Shown: piece by piece, positions 51,346 to 62,000 of the stretch | Numbering within the stretch: position 1 is the first letter of the stretch | Layout of the letters: each line of letters opens with the position of its first letter | Translations under genes and position numbers: made by a program | DNA from: an uncultured Nitrospirales bacterium | GTDB taxonomy: Bacteria > Hydrogenedentota > Hydrogenedentia > Hydrogenedentales > SCBR16-9 | Direction of reading: 5' to 3' | Assembly (NCBI GenBank): GCA_964537975.1 | Contig: CAZIDP010000020.1 | Location: 783-64,782 of the forward strand | DNA length: 64,000 nucleotides | The notes under the pieces: model-generated | The model's database searches: none | The model's input: the letters and a program-made list of their open reading frames with translations, nothing else | What the model was told of the DNA's origin: nothing

Positions 51346-52152
51346 TCACGGCTGGGCTGGCAGTTCGTAATGGTGTTTTATCAAAACTTCTTGTGCCGCA
51401 CGCATCCGCAAGAATGCAATAAACTCCTCAGCCGCATGCACATCAGGTGTCCTGACAGATCGCGCAATACCTACGCCGACCACGTTGCTTTTGTCTTCAG
51501 GAATCGAAAGCCATTCGCTTCTGTCAGTCATTCGTGCGAGTGATTCCCATACAAGTGCTACATCGATGCGACCGGTACGTATGGCGTTGGCCAGTTCCGG
51601 CGCTGTTGCATCTTGAACTACGATGTTGTGTTGTATGTCTTCGAGTTCCATATCATAATTTTTCAGAACACCGACTGTAACACGCCCCAGAGCCGACATC
51701 AAATCGGGCATTCCAACACGTACACCCGATTGCGTCAAATCTTTGATCGATAAAACAATGTGCGGCATTCCGCTGCGCAGCATAAGAACGGGTTTGGTTT
51801 GTGCTATTACATGGATATCATCAACCCGTCCGGCATTTCGAGCTTGATCCAAAAACGAAATATCAACAGCCAGAAACAGGTCTGCTATATCCGGATCTTC
51901 TATAAATGTATCCAGTAATGTGTTGGAAGCGGCATACTCCGAGAGTATTCGAATATCTGAGCGGCGCTGAAATGTACCGATGATTTCTTCCAGGACAGGA
52001 CGCAGTGCGACATCACAGTACAGGGTAAGCACACGCGCTTCCTGAGAAGACTCTGTTCTAACTTTCCCATGATTTACAGACCATAATACCAGAGTCAGAA
52101 GGAGGAGCAGGATTATGACGATGAAATATTTACTTTTCAGGATGCAATTCAT
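51346..52152 (-). CDS. ModA-like (molybdate/tungstate-type) substrate-binding protein, membrane-anchored
   Basis: N-terminal TM, YAASNTL, ADLFLAVD, GVRVGMPD..SALG, DVALVWES, AEEFIAFL. Confidence 0.8.
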   Translation of the reverse strand: MNCILKSKYFIVIILLLLLTLVLWSVNHGKVRTESSQEARVLTLYCDVALRPVLEEIIGTFQRRSDIRILSEYAASNTLLDTFIEDPDIADLFLAVDISFLDQARNAGRVDDIHVIAQTKPVLMLRSGMPHIVLSIKDLTQSGVRVGMPDLMSALGRVTVGVLKNYDMELEDIQHNIVVQDATAPELANAIRTGRIDVALVWESLARMTDRSEWLSIPEDKSNVVGVGIARSVRTPDVHAAEEFIAFLRMRAAQEVLIKHHYELPAQP

Positions 52153-52231
52153 CCAGACTCCCAGGGGTGTCATTGGTTAAAATTTTGGCAATTTATTTGC
52201 ATAGTATTAATACTACACTAAAGTATTACAT

Positions 52232-53227
52232 TTACAAAGAATCAGCCGTTTCGGCGCTGTCGAGGAATCCCCCCAGGCCACCGGGGGCTGTGGTCACCTC
52301 AACGGTCAAAGGCTTAATTCGGCCCGCCCAGTCTGTTGTTGTCAATAAGTCGGTCCCCGGATTAAGTGACTTGACTGTGCAGGAGCATGGCCCGGTGAGA
52401 AACTCGGCCGTTTTTCGAACCATATAGGGGTTAATCCCTTTGCCTATAAGTGGCTCCATGATCAGTCCGCGGCCAAAAATCGGAAATACCATCGGCTCAC
52501 CCGTATAATCATGCAAATCAATTTCACTGGACATCAGCATGGCGATCAGCATTTTTTCTGCGAGGTCTTCACGCGATAATCGAAGCAATTCAAACTGTAT
52601 GGGAGATATAGTAATATCATCCACACCCCATTTTTCGATATCCGGTATGACCAAAGTCTGTTGAAGGCGGCCTAACTCACGCTCCAGCAGGATTGCTGCT
52701 TCAGTGTCCTGACGCGTATTGCCGCTTTCCAACAACACCCATACCACCGAAACTCGATTGATAAGCTGCTCACAGATTTTCTGCCGCAGGGGTGAGTCCA
52801 CCAATGCGTCAAAGTTTTCCTGGTTTAACGCACCCGACCAAATCGGCACGCGACGATTTGAAGAGACGGAAGGGTAGTATACGACCATCCACGGGAAAGA
52901 GTCTGGAACTTCGCCCTGAAGGGCAGAATGGGCTAAAAGGCGTTCATTCGAATCTGCCTGCACACGGCGCAGCCGCAAGTTCACCGGCATGCTGCCTTTA
53001 TCTCCTTGTGATATGGCCTGGATTTGTTGTAAGAGTGCTTCTTGCTCTTCGGTGAATTCTCCATTGTCGAAGACATAAACCTCGTATGGGTCTTGTTCCC
53101 ACCACTCCAGTGAATACTGGTAAACAGGAATCGGACAACTCCAAAGCGGGAATGAAACAAGGCATACGAATATCCATATGCACACGGGTAACTTTTTTTT
53201 CGCTGCTATTTTAATAGGTAATTTCAT
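52232..53227 (-). CDS. Conserved hypothetical exported protein (CPIPVYQYSLEWW...GPCSC family)
   Basis: Signal peptide, CPIPVYQYSLEWW, FPIFGRG, GPCSCTVKSLNPGTDLL; resembles a PVC-group hypothetical family (from recall, unverified). Confidence 0.8.
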   Translation of the reverse strand: MKLPIKIAAKKKLPVCIWIFVCLVSFPLWSCPIPVYQYSLEWWEQDPYEVYVFDNGEFTEEQEALLQQIQAISQGDKGSMPVNLRLRRVQADSNERLLAHSALQGEVPDSFPWMVVYYPSVSSNRRVPIWSGALNQENFDALVDSPLRQKICEQLINRVSVVWVLLESGNTRQDTEAAILLERELGRLQQTLVIPDIEKWGVDDITISPIQFELLRLSREDLAEKMLIAMLMSSEIDLHDYTGEPMVFPIFGRGLIMEPLIGKGINPYMVRKTAEFLTGPCSCTVKSLNPGTDLLTTTDWAGRIKPLTVEVTTAPGGLGGFLDSAETADSL

Positions 53228-53289
53228 ACTGATTGCCTTTGTCTCTGGAGAAAATCTAACCTTGCTGCAATCCTGAATTCAGGTCAGCT

Positions 53290-53958
53290 TCAAGATTGCA
53301 ACATACCCGCTTTAATATTGTACACATCGTCAAAGCCTTCGGTCCGTAACCCATGGGTTGCCATGACCACCGCACCACCCTTACGCACATACTCCCACAG
53401 ACAATCCAAAATAATGTGCTCGTTATCAATATCGAGATTCCCGGTAGGCTCATCGGCCAACAACAACGCGGGATTCGCGATTAGCGCCCGGGCCAGGGCC
53501 ACCCGCTGGCGTTCGCCTGTACTTAGCTCAGAAGGATAATGCGCCAATCGTTCACCCAAACAGAATTGCTCTAGTAAAGCTTTCGCCCGTGAATCCAAAT
53601 CCGGAATGGCCAGCGCTATTCCCGGCATTTTTACGTTGTCGAGCACGGTGAGGTAGGGCACCAGGTAGAACTGCTGAAAAACAAAGCCGATGTTTTTTCC
53701 ACGAAAACCAGTTCGCTTGTCCGCGGACATCGAATACATATCCTGCCCCTTGACAACGACATTTCCGGTGTCCGGACGCAGCAATCCACCTGCTGTCAGC
53801 AAGAGCGTTGTTTTACCACTGCCACTGGGCCCCCGAATTATTTTAAAGGTCTCTTTCTCAACACGTATCGAAACATCATCAATGGCAACGATATGACTTC
53901 CGTTCCGTTGATAGTGTTTGGACACCTGCTCTATTTTCAAAGTCTCATCTTGGGTCAC
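53290..53958 (-). CDS. ABC transporter ATP-binding protein (LolD/MacB type)
   Basis: GPSGSGKT, FVFQQFYL, LSTGERQRVALARAL, LADEPTGNLD, ATH; GTG start behind GGAGG. Confidence 0.93.
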   Translation of the reverse strand: MTQDETLKIEQVSKHYQRNGSHIVAIDDVSIRVEKETFKIIRGPSGSGKTTLLLTAGGLLRPDTGNVVVKGQDMYSMSADKRTGFRGKNIGFVFQQFYLVPYLTVLDNVKMPGIALAIPDLDSRAKALLEQFCLGERLAHYPSELSTGERQRVALARALIANPALLLADEPTGNLDIDNEHIILDCLWEYVRKGGAVVMATHGLRTEGFDDVYNIKAGMLQS

Positions 53959-54007
53959 GGTCTGCCTCCAAACCAGCATAGTTCTACTATAAAAAGAAAC
54001 GGAAACT

Positions 54008-55309
54008 TCATTCTTCCCGTAAAATTACTGCCGGGTCCAACTGCGCTGCTTTTCTGGCAGGAATCCAACCGGCAACAACTGCCAGCAAGGGTGTTCCCAG
54101 GATTACCAGCAGCAACATCACGGGGTGGATGAGCTGAACAAACTCTGTGCTCCATAGAGCAATACCCTCCCAGGATGCGCCAGCCAGTAATCCGGGGATG
54201 CTCCCCAGAACGGCGCCCAGGCCACCCATCAGCGCCGCTTTGATTAAAAAAATGCTCATGATGGTGCTTTCCCGCACCCCCACCGTTCTCATGATGGCTA
54301 TCTCGCCTCTTCGTTCTTTCACATTGCTGGATATCAGGAAAAATATCCAGATGGCAGCTCCGGTGAGTACAACCGGGATGAGAAACCGAACCAGTTGTTG
54401 CCGTTGCACACCCAAATGGGCACGGTATGCAATTTCAGAATCGATGGCTGTTTCACGCATTTCTGCGGCTCTGGCCCGGGCTTCAAATCGCGCACGCAAG
54501 ATGGTGCCAAACTCCATGACCTGTATATCCGGCAGGATTTGCTGCACCTCAGATTCCACCATTCCGAACGCTTCGAAATTACAGACACATTCCAATGCCA
54601 GGATGCCGTTGATCTTGCCTTCGAGACCAAACCATTGCTGTACCTTTTCCAGATCACACCATAGCGTGATATCGTCGTCATTGCCTCTGCGACTATGAAC
54701 GCGATGTACCGTGAATTCTTCCCCTTGAAATGTTATTTGATCACCAGCATTGATACCGGTGATACGGGCAATGTCGTAGCCGGCTTCGATGGTGCCCTGT
54801 GGAAGCGTTTCACGAATCGGATTGCGGTACCTGCCTTCATCATCAAGAAACTGGGGTTTTTCGAAATTGGGAACCTGGCCCATGATGCCGCACAAGATGA
54901 TTTCCTGTTCCTTCTCTTCCCAGGTAGTACGTTTTTGTAAAACGGGAAACAGGTGATTCAAATTTTTAATGCCCCCGGTTGACAACGCGAACACATACTC
55001 CAGAGGCATATACGTATTGGGACTCCCGTCAATTCGCAGCGAGTCTATGGATTGGTCTTCATGCAATATCAACACGTTGTAGCCCATGTCTCGCATCATC
55101 AGACGGTAGTCATCTTCCAGTTTGGCCATATCTGCACGGGTTTCGTGTTCTTTTTGGTTGATTATCTGTTCTGTCTTGATCTCGTGGGCGGCTAATAAGG
55201 TAACTGCCCCCATGACAAGTCCCAGGGCAACCGATATACAGAGCAATCCGATTGCGAAATGGGTTTTGTTATAAAATATCTCGCGCCAGATAATATTCCA
55301 TTTACTCAT
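54008..55309 (-). CDS. ABC transporter permease (FtsX/MacB/LolC-E type)
   Basis: One TM, large periplasmic domain, three TM; NVKERRGEIAIMRTVG; PARKAAQLDPAVILREE. Confidence 0.92.
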   Translation of the reverse strand: MSKWNIIWREIFYNKTHFAIGLLCISVALGLVMGAVTLLAAHEIKTEQIINQKEHETRADMAKLEDDYRLMMRDMGYNVLILHEDQSIDSLRIDGSPNTYMPLEYVFALSTGGIKNLNHLFPVLQKRTTWEEKEQEIILCGIMGQVPNFEKPQFLDDEGRYRNPIRETLPQGTIEAGYDIARITGINAGDQITFQGEEFTVHRVHSRRGNDDDITLWCDLEKVQQWFGLEGKINGILALECVCNFEAFGMVESEVQQILPDIQVMEFGTILRARFEARARAAEMRETAIDSEIAYRAHLGVQRQQLVRFLIPVVLTGAAIWIFFLISSNVKERRGEIAIMRTVGVRESTIMSIFLIKAALMGGLGAVLGSIPGLLAGASWEGIALWSTEFVQLIHPVMLLLVILGTPLLAVVAGWIPARKAAQLDPAVILREE

Positions 55310-55373
55310 AGGTTCATGTCCCGCAGTTGCAGTGTAAATTTGTTTGTAAAAAATATGTTGCCCTTAACGGAAA

Positions 55374-58300
55374 TTAATCCACAGCGGCGGCAATCTCGAC
55401 AACATTCGTAAAAAGCTCAATGCCATTGATAAAGGGGTCGCGTTCCGCCTCTTCAGATTTCAGGAACTCAATGGTCATAGTCATATCACTTAGCACGGTA
55501 AATTCTTCATATGTGCCACGCAGATGTCCCCCGGTTTTTTCCATTATGTCATAGTTGCTTACGATTTCTTCTCCATTAACCAATACATCAAAAACACGCT
55601 CTCCGACTTCTACATCTTCTTCCAGCTCGGCAAAATGAAACCGTAGTGTATAGGTGGTATCCAGCAGATCATACAGCGTGATGCTGTTGTCTTCTTCTGT
55701 CATTTCTTTGCCGGAAGCAGCAACCCAGTCAATGCTGTCAGCAATGGTATCGGCGTTTTTCTGAATGGCGGATGGATGTCTGCGCATCGTTCCTTCTTCA
55801 TCGAACCATACCCGGCCCGAATCATGGTCTACGCGGCGGCCTGGGGCGCCCAGGTTAATGCCATAGCCTTCCGGGTTTGGAGGTGAAGCATCATAGCGGG
55901 TCCAATTTTCAATGTTAGTATCGCCAGGCATATGAATCATAGCCAGAGAGGTCTGGTTCTGATAACTGCAGGTACATGATCGGGTGTAATCCAGTGCATT
56001 GACCAGGCCTTCTGCCGCGATCATGTTGGCGGTACAACCGGAGCGAAATCCACTGAATGTACCGGTGCCGGTGTCATGTTCCAGATCAAAATAACCTGCG
56101 TAACCCGTGCGATACAGCAGCAAATATTTACTCGCGTTTAATGTATTGCAACCATACGTCCTGCTGTAAGACCAGCCACTACTTTCACCTGTCAGTGGTT
56201 GCACACGCAACCAGTCTTCACCGGTCAACAGGGAACGGGCTGTCCCGGGGCGACCGGGGATCAGCATGTCCCCAATGATTGCAGCAGGCACTGTAAAGCT
56301 GCCACTGCGTTCCCACAACATATCGCCCGTACTGCCACGCCGTGCCAGCATCTCCCGCGGTTCATCTTCAATCGTCCGGCGCAGGTCCTGGCTCCCGCTT
56401 TCGATTAAAATGTCATGCGCTTTGCTGTACAACAGAAATGTCCCGAAAACATTGGCATCGTTTTCCCACAGGACATCACCGGTACCCAGTTCCAGCGCAA
56501 ATATCCGGGAAACATCCTCCGGTACCTCTCCCCTGCGTGCCAGATGTTCAATGGCATTTTCTGATAAACCATCGATCAAAAACAGGGTATTTCCCGAACT
56601 GATTATGGCATTGTGCCGGAAACCGACCTTCGCTTCCCGCGTCCACAAGACATCACCACTGTAACGGTTCATTACCACAACAATGCCACTCGATGTTCCA
56701 CTGTAACTTTCTAACCAACCGAGTTCCTGGTCTTCAAAGATGTGTGGTTCCGTGGTTGATATGAGGAAATCTCCCGAAACGCTGATATGACCCCAATCGG
56801 GCGCTTCATCGCCGTATAACGCTTGCACTGAGCGCCCAGGCAGGGCGAACTGGTTGATTACTTCTCCCGTAGCCGCGTTCAGCCGGTGAATTTTGCTGTC
56901 ATAACGTAAATACACACTGTCTGGAAGCGTTACGAAAGGGCTGCCGATGTAGGTTGCACCCGGTATGTTGGTCATGTAGACCTGTTCCCCATCAGTCCAA
57001 CGTTCTTCCAGTTCCATATTGGTGAATGGGTGGCCAATCCCGGGATACGGCATGTCCCACAGTTGCCGCCCAGTATAAACACAGCGCGCAGCGATGTTCT
57101 CAACACCCAGATATACCTGCCGTCCCCCGGCAATCTGAGGTCGTGGCCCTCCCGCATGCCGCGGTAAAATATTGTGGTTGTTGGGGCCGCCAAACCACAG
57201 CAAGCCCAGCGGTAAGCGCGCCAATTGTTCTTCAGAAACAAGTGTATTGGCCGAGTCATGGAGCTGATGGGTCCATTGCCCTGCACCTGTCAAAGGACCA
57301 CCGCGTTGCGCGAATACAGCATGATCGATAGCTTCCACATGTACTTTATCGACATTGGCCGCCCGCGCGGCTTCGGTCACGGCTTCTACTGAATCAGAAG
57401 GCACACTAAAATATGCCACGCCACCATAGGGCCGCAGTAAGTTTAGTATGCTGGCCCAGTTTGCATTGTCGTGTAAAATACCTGCCTGTGTTGCGTCTTC
57501 ACTTGCCACCAGGCTGAACAAATAGGGCTGTACCGAAAAGGTCGCAGGATTGTCCTCAATAACCGCGACACGCTTTCCATATGAACCAGTCGATACCAGT
57601 TCATCGCGTAATGTACGTGCTACCAGTTCGTCATTTTCAACAACAACAATATGCAGGTCACTCCGTATCATTAACTCTTTGAGGAGGTCACCTGAGCCAT
57701 GCCCCAATAACAGCGCGTAGCCCTCCGTCTCTCCAAGCTCATCCAGCAAGGTCTGTGCGGTCTGAGCCCAGGCGGCAGTGCGTAACATCAAGCGTGCGGG
57801 CCGGTATGCGTGGCGTATTGGCGTTGTTTCCTCTGGGCCAAAGCAATATAAAGTGCCCTGCGTTGTCGTGACAAATAGACGCCCATGGGCGGCAATCAGG
57901 TTAAATAAATCACCATCCAATTGCTCCGCAATTAATTCATAGCATTGCGTCAGCACATCATTTTCGTTCAGCCCCATTCCATCGGCATGAACCGCATAGC
58001 CCCCGGCAGGCTTGGCCCTGAATGCTGCTTCTTTCACTTTTCCTGTATGCCGGTCTAAAAATGCGGGCGGGGTCCTGCCACCCGCCACCACCAGGGTATC
58101 TTCATTGGCCGCCAGATACCCCTGTGGAGCCAGCCCACCATATCCATAGGCGCCACCATGCGGGAGTTCGACGTAGTCCGAGCTGGTCGTGTCATTTACC
58201 CAGACCACCTCACCAGTCACCGCATTCAACGCGTAAATGAATATGCCATGCATAGGCCAGAAGCCTGCGGCGAAGTAAATGGTATCGTCCCATATTACCG

Positions 58301-59036
58301 GGCCGCCTCGTGCTGCCCAGAAATTGATGATTCGTTCATTACCAAGCAGCCGATGATCATTGGGGCCTCCTTGGAACTTCCATGCCAGCGTACCATCTTC
58401 CGCGTGAACACAATATAGATGGCCATCATCCGAGGTAAAATATACATAATCTTTCCAGGCGACCGGGGCGAGCCGAACTGGCGCATTGGCATAAAATCGC
58501 CATATCTCAGCGCCATCGGAAATAGCATAGGCAGTAACACTATCGGTTGCATTAGACGGCACAAAAATGCGATTGCCCTTGACCACAGGCGAATACGAGA
58601 GGTCAAAATCCAGTTTGTTACGATGGTCCCACTGATGCGGCCAGGCACGCTTAGGCTCTGGCAATTCACGTACCCATTGCAGATGCAGGTCAGAGGCAAA
58701 TCGCAATGGTGTGGCTGCGCTTCTGCCCGCGTCATATTGCCACATGGGCCAATCTAAAAAGCCCGCCTTTTCCAACGCGGTATATGCTTCCTCTCCCCCG
58801 ATACTACCCAGCTCCCGGGCGACCGCTTCCCGCACAATCCGGTTTTCATGATTGAGCAAAGACGTTGTAAGATCAACAAAGACTTCCTGTACCTGTATCG
58901 CAGCATTTGTTTGCCCTCCTGGGTCTTCTCCAAGCGCATTCAACTGTAAAACAATGCTGAAAACCAACAACACCGCACCAGCACTTACCAATCCAGAACC
59001 AAATAATGACGAGAAAGACCGATTCCAAAAACGCAT
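55374..59036 (-). CDS. Exported multidomain protein: HEAT repeat, PQQ-type beta-propeller, methyltransferase-like domain, second propeller, malectin-like domain
   Basis: Signal peptide; IVREAVARELG; DWPMWQYDAGRS; WRFYANAPVRLAP; ALLLGHGSGDL...LRPYGG; C-terminal LRFHFAELE...GERVFDV. Confidence 0.85.
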   Translation of the reverse strand: MRFWNRSFSSLFGSGLVSAGAVLLVFSIVLQLNALGEDPGGQTNAAIQVQEVFVDLTTSLLNHENRIVREAVARELGSIGGEEAYTALEKAGFLDWPMWQYDAGRSAATPLRFASDLHLQWVRELPEPKRAWPHQWDHRNKLDFDLSYSPVVKGNRIFVPSNATDSVTAYAISDGAEIWRFYANAPVRLAPVAWKDYVYFTSDDGHLYCVHAEDGTLAWKFQGGPNDHRLLGNERIINFWAARGGPVIWDDTIYFAAGFWPMHGIFIYALNAVTGEVVWVNDTTSSDYVELPHGGAYGYGGLAPQGYLAANEDTLVVAGGRTPPAFLDRHTGKVKEAAFRAKPAGGYAVHADGMGLNENDVLTQCYELIAEQLDGDLFNLIAAHGRLFVTTTQGTLYCFGPEETTPIRHAYRPARLMLRTAAWAQTAQTLLDELGETEGYALLLGHGSGDLLKELMIRSDLHIVVVENDELVARTLRDELVSTGSYGKRVAVIEDNPATFSVQPYLFSLVASEDATQAGILHDNANWASILNLLRPYGGVAYFSVPSDSVEAVTEAARAANVDKVHVEAIDHAVFAQRGGPLTGAGQWTHQLHDSANTLVSEEQLARLPLGLLWFGGPNNHNILPRHAGGPRPQIAGGRQVYLGVENIAARCVYTGRQLWDMPYPGIGHPFTNMELEERWTDGEQVYMTNIPGATYIGSPFVTLPDSVYLRYDSKIHRLNAATGEVINQFALPGRSVQALYGDEAPDWGHISVSGDFLISTTEPHIFEDQELGWLESYSGTSSGIVVVMNRYSGDVLWTREAKVGFRHNAIISSGNTLFLIDGLSENAIEHLARRGEVPEDVSRIFALELGTGDVLWENDANVFGTFLLYSKAHDILIESGSQDLRRTIEDEPREMLARRGSTGDMLWERSGSFTVPAAIIGDMLIPGRPGTARSLLTGEDWLRVQPLTGESSGWSYSRTYGCNTLNASKYLLLYRTGYAGYFDLEHDTGTGTFSGFRSGCTANMIAAEGLVNALDYTRSCTCSYQNQTSLAMIHMPGDTNIENWTRYDASPPNPEGYGINLGAPGRRVDHDSGRVWFDEEGTMRRHPSAIQKNADTIADSIDWVAASGKEMTEEDNSITLYDLLDTTYTLRFHFAELEEDVEVGERVFDVLVNGEEIVSNYDIMEKTGGHLRGTYEEFTVLSDMTMTIEFLKSEEAERDPFINGIELFTNVVEIAAAVD

Positions 59037-59048
59037 ATATAAATATCC

Positions 59049-62000
59049 TTATTCAAATTTTTTAGCAACTGCAATATCACCGCTATTGGCAATAAGTTCA
59101 ATGCCGCTGATTATGGGATAAAGCTCCGCGTTGGAAGCCTTGCGTAATGCAACGGTCATGGTCGTTCCGCTATCCACATAAAATTCTTTTACAACAGGCA
59201 AGAATGCACTGCCCGTTTCTGCATAAATATCAAAATCCTGATAAACCACTTCATCATTAACAACAATGTCGAATACGCGTTGTCCAGAAGTAACGCTGGT
59301 GTCATGCTCTGCAAAATGCAATCGTACTGTGTAATTTGTGGTGAGCAGATCGTACAGCGTCAGGGAGTCCTGGTCGACCTCCGTTATTTCGATTGCTGAC
59401 GCAGCAACCCAGTCAATGCTTCCTTCACTTTCCAGGATGGCAGAAGCATGACGCCGGTGATTGCCTGGTAAATCGTGCCAAATCCGCCCGGAGGTGTGAT
59501 CTATGCGGCGACCCGGAGCACCAAAATTAATCCCATACCCCAAGGGGTCTGGTAGCGCGCCATCATATAAAGCCCAGGATTCAATACCGGGCATGTCGGG
59601 CATGTGAATCAGGGCCAGTGAAGTCTGGTGCTGATAACTGCACGTACAGGTCCTGGTGTAGTCAGGCGCATTCAATACCCCATCAGCCACCACCATATTA
59701 TTGGTGCATCCTGAGCGAAATCCACCAAAGAACCCGGTACCCGTGTCATGTTCGAGATCAAAATAGGCAGCGGCACCGGAACGGAAAGTGATGAGGTGCT
59801 CACTCAAGTTGTGACTGTTGCAACCATACCGACGATTGTATGCCCAGCTTGCACTTTCTCCCGTGAGTTCTTGCGTGCGCATTTTCCGCTCACCGCTCAG
59901 TAGATTGAGCGCATACCCAATTCCAGACCTGGCCGCGGGTGCCATGTAGATTTCATCCTTACGTATGGCCAATGGTCCCCAATACGAAGTAAGCGCGGGA
60001 TTCTCCCACAACGGCTCACCTGTATTCCCATTAAATGCCGAGATGCGGTCTCCTGGCTCATCCTGTAACATACGCAAACCACCGGGCCGGCCACCTTGAA
60101 TCAGGATGTCATATTCGGATGAATACCCCAGCCAGGTACCAAAAACACCCGTCGGATTTGTCCATAGTGTGTCACCGGTTAGCAGGTCCAGTGCCAGCAG
60201 CAGGGCATTTCCAGGTTCTTCACCGCGCCGCTGCAGGTGTTCCAGAACACTATCAGAGAGTCGATCAATCAGGTATAGACAATTGGCACCAGACACGATC
60301 GCATTGTGACGGAAGCCAGTTTGCGCTTCACGTATCCACAATACTTCGCCACTATGCCGGTCCAGAGCAATCAATCGGCGACTGGAGGTGCCTTCCCAAC
60401 CCCGGCCTTTGATGTCGGCCATCGTTTCAAAAACAGTAGTATAGTTACCTTCGCCTTCGAAGACCTGCGGCTCGACGGTGGTTATGATTACATCACCCTG
60501 AATGCTGAGATGTCCCCAGTCCGGCTTACCTTCCAACTCAGGCGCGACCGGAAGCTGAAATTCCGCCATAACCTCACCGGTTTCCGTTGACAGCCGGTAG
60601 ATACGAGTCATATACCGCACATATATTCCATCTGGTAAGGAGACAAATGGGCTTCCCAATTGATTGGCACCAATACCATCCGCATTGTGCATGAATACTT
60701 CCTGGCCACTCTCAAACTGCTCCTCCAGTTCCAGGTCCGTAAAAGGATGCCCCAGCCCGGGGAAGGTCTGCTGCCACATTTCACGCCCGGTATAAACGCA
60801 GCGGGCACTGACGGTGTCGTTGCCAGGCAGAATGACCTTGCCTGCAATGACCTGTGGAATGGGGCCGTGGCCATGACGCGGTAGAATATCGCTGTTGCAC
60901 GGTCCACCAAACCAGAGAATACCCAGAGGTGTTTTGGTTCGGTTATCCGGTGAAAAATTGGTATTGGAAGCATCGGCATACTGGTGTGTCCAGTGCCCGG
61001 CACCCGTAAGCGGGCCCTCCCGTTGCGCAAATATATACTCGTGACGTAGTTCAACGCGTACCCGGTCTACATCGGCAGCCCTGGCCGCATCCGCAAGCTG
61101 CGTGAGTTTGTCATCATCAGCACCCAGATAAGCGATGCCCCCATAGGGCCGCAGTCGCTCCAGAATATAGGCCAGTGCAGATGCTTCGGCGCTGATGCCA
61201 GCGGCAGTACTGTCTTCACTCACAAGCAGGCTGAACAGATAGGGCTGTACCTTGAAAGCGGCTGGCTCGTCTTCAATGACAGCTACACGCCAACCATACA
61301 CACCCGCATCCGCAAGCTCATCACGCAAGGCGCGTACCCTGGTTGCGTCCGGTTCCACAACCACAATGTGGAGTTCGCTGCGCAAGAGCAATTCTATGAG
61401 CAGATCGCCTGAACCTGCCCCGAGCATCAATGCGTACCCTTCAATTTCGCCCAGTTCATCCACCAGGCTTTGCGCGGTTTCTGCCCATTGGGCAGTCCTG
61501 GGTGACAGCCGGGTTGGAGACAAATCATGTCGTACAGGTGTGTCGCTGTCAGGCGCAAAACAATACAGACGCCCCGAAGTGGTGGTGACATACAAACGAT
61601 CATGGGCAACCAGCGCTTCGAAGACCTCCCCGTCGATTTGATGCTTCTGCTTTTCTACCTGTTGCGACAACATCGTGTTTTCTGCCCGGCCTATGCCGTC
61701 GATATTTACGGCATATCCTCCCTGGGGCTTGGCCCGTAACGACATTTCCAGGACTTCTCCGGTATGCCGGTCCAGGGTGGCCGGAGGTGTTCTGCCGCCC
61801 GCAACGATCAACACTTCATCTGAAGCCGCTATATATCCTTGCGGAGCGATACTGCCGACGCCTGTTGCGCCATCGTGTGGCAGTTGCACATAGGCTGAGC
61901 TTGTGGTGTCATTGACCCACACGACATCCCCGGTTTCCGCATTCAGGGCATAGATAAAAACACCATGCATCGGCCATATGCCGGCAGCAAAATAGACGGT

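Noticed and set aside
53500-53530. Degenerate ABC signature LSTGE
   Set aside because: Walker A/B, D-loop and H-loop are intact; this is a minor variant and not evidence of inactivation.
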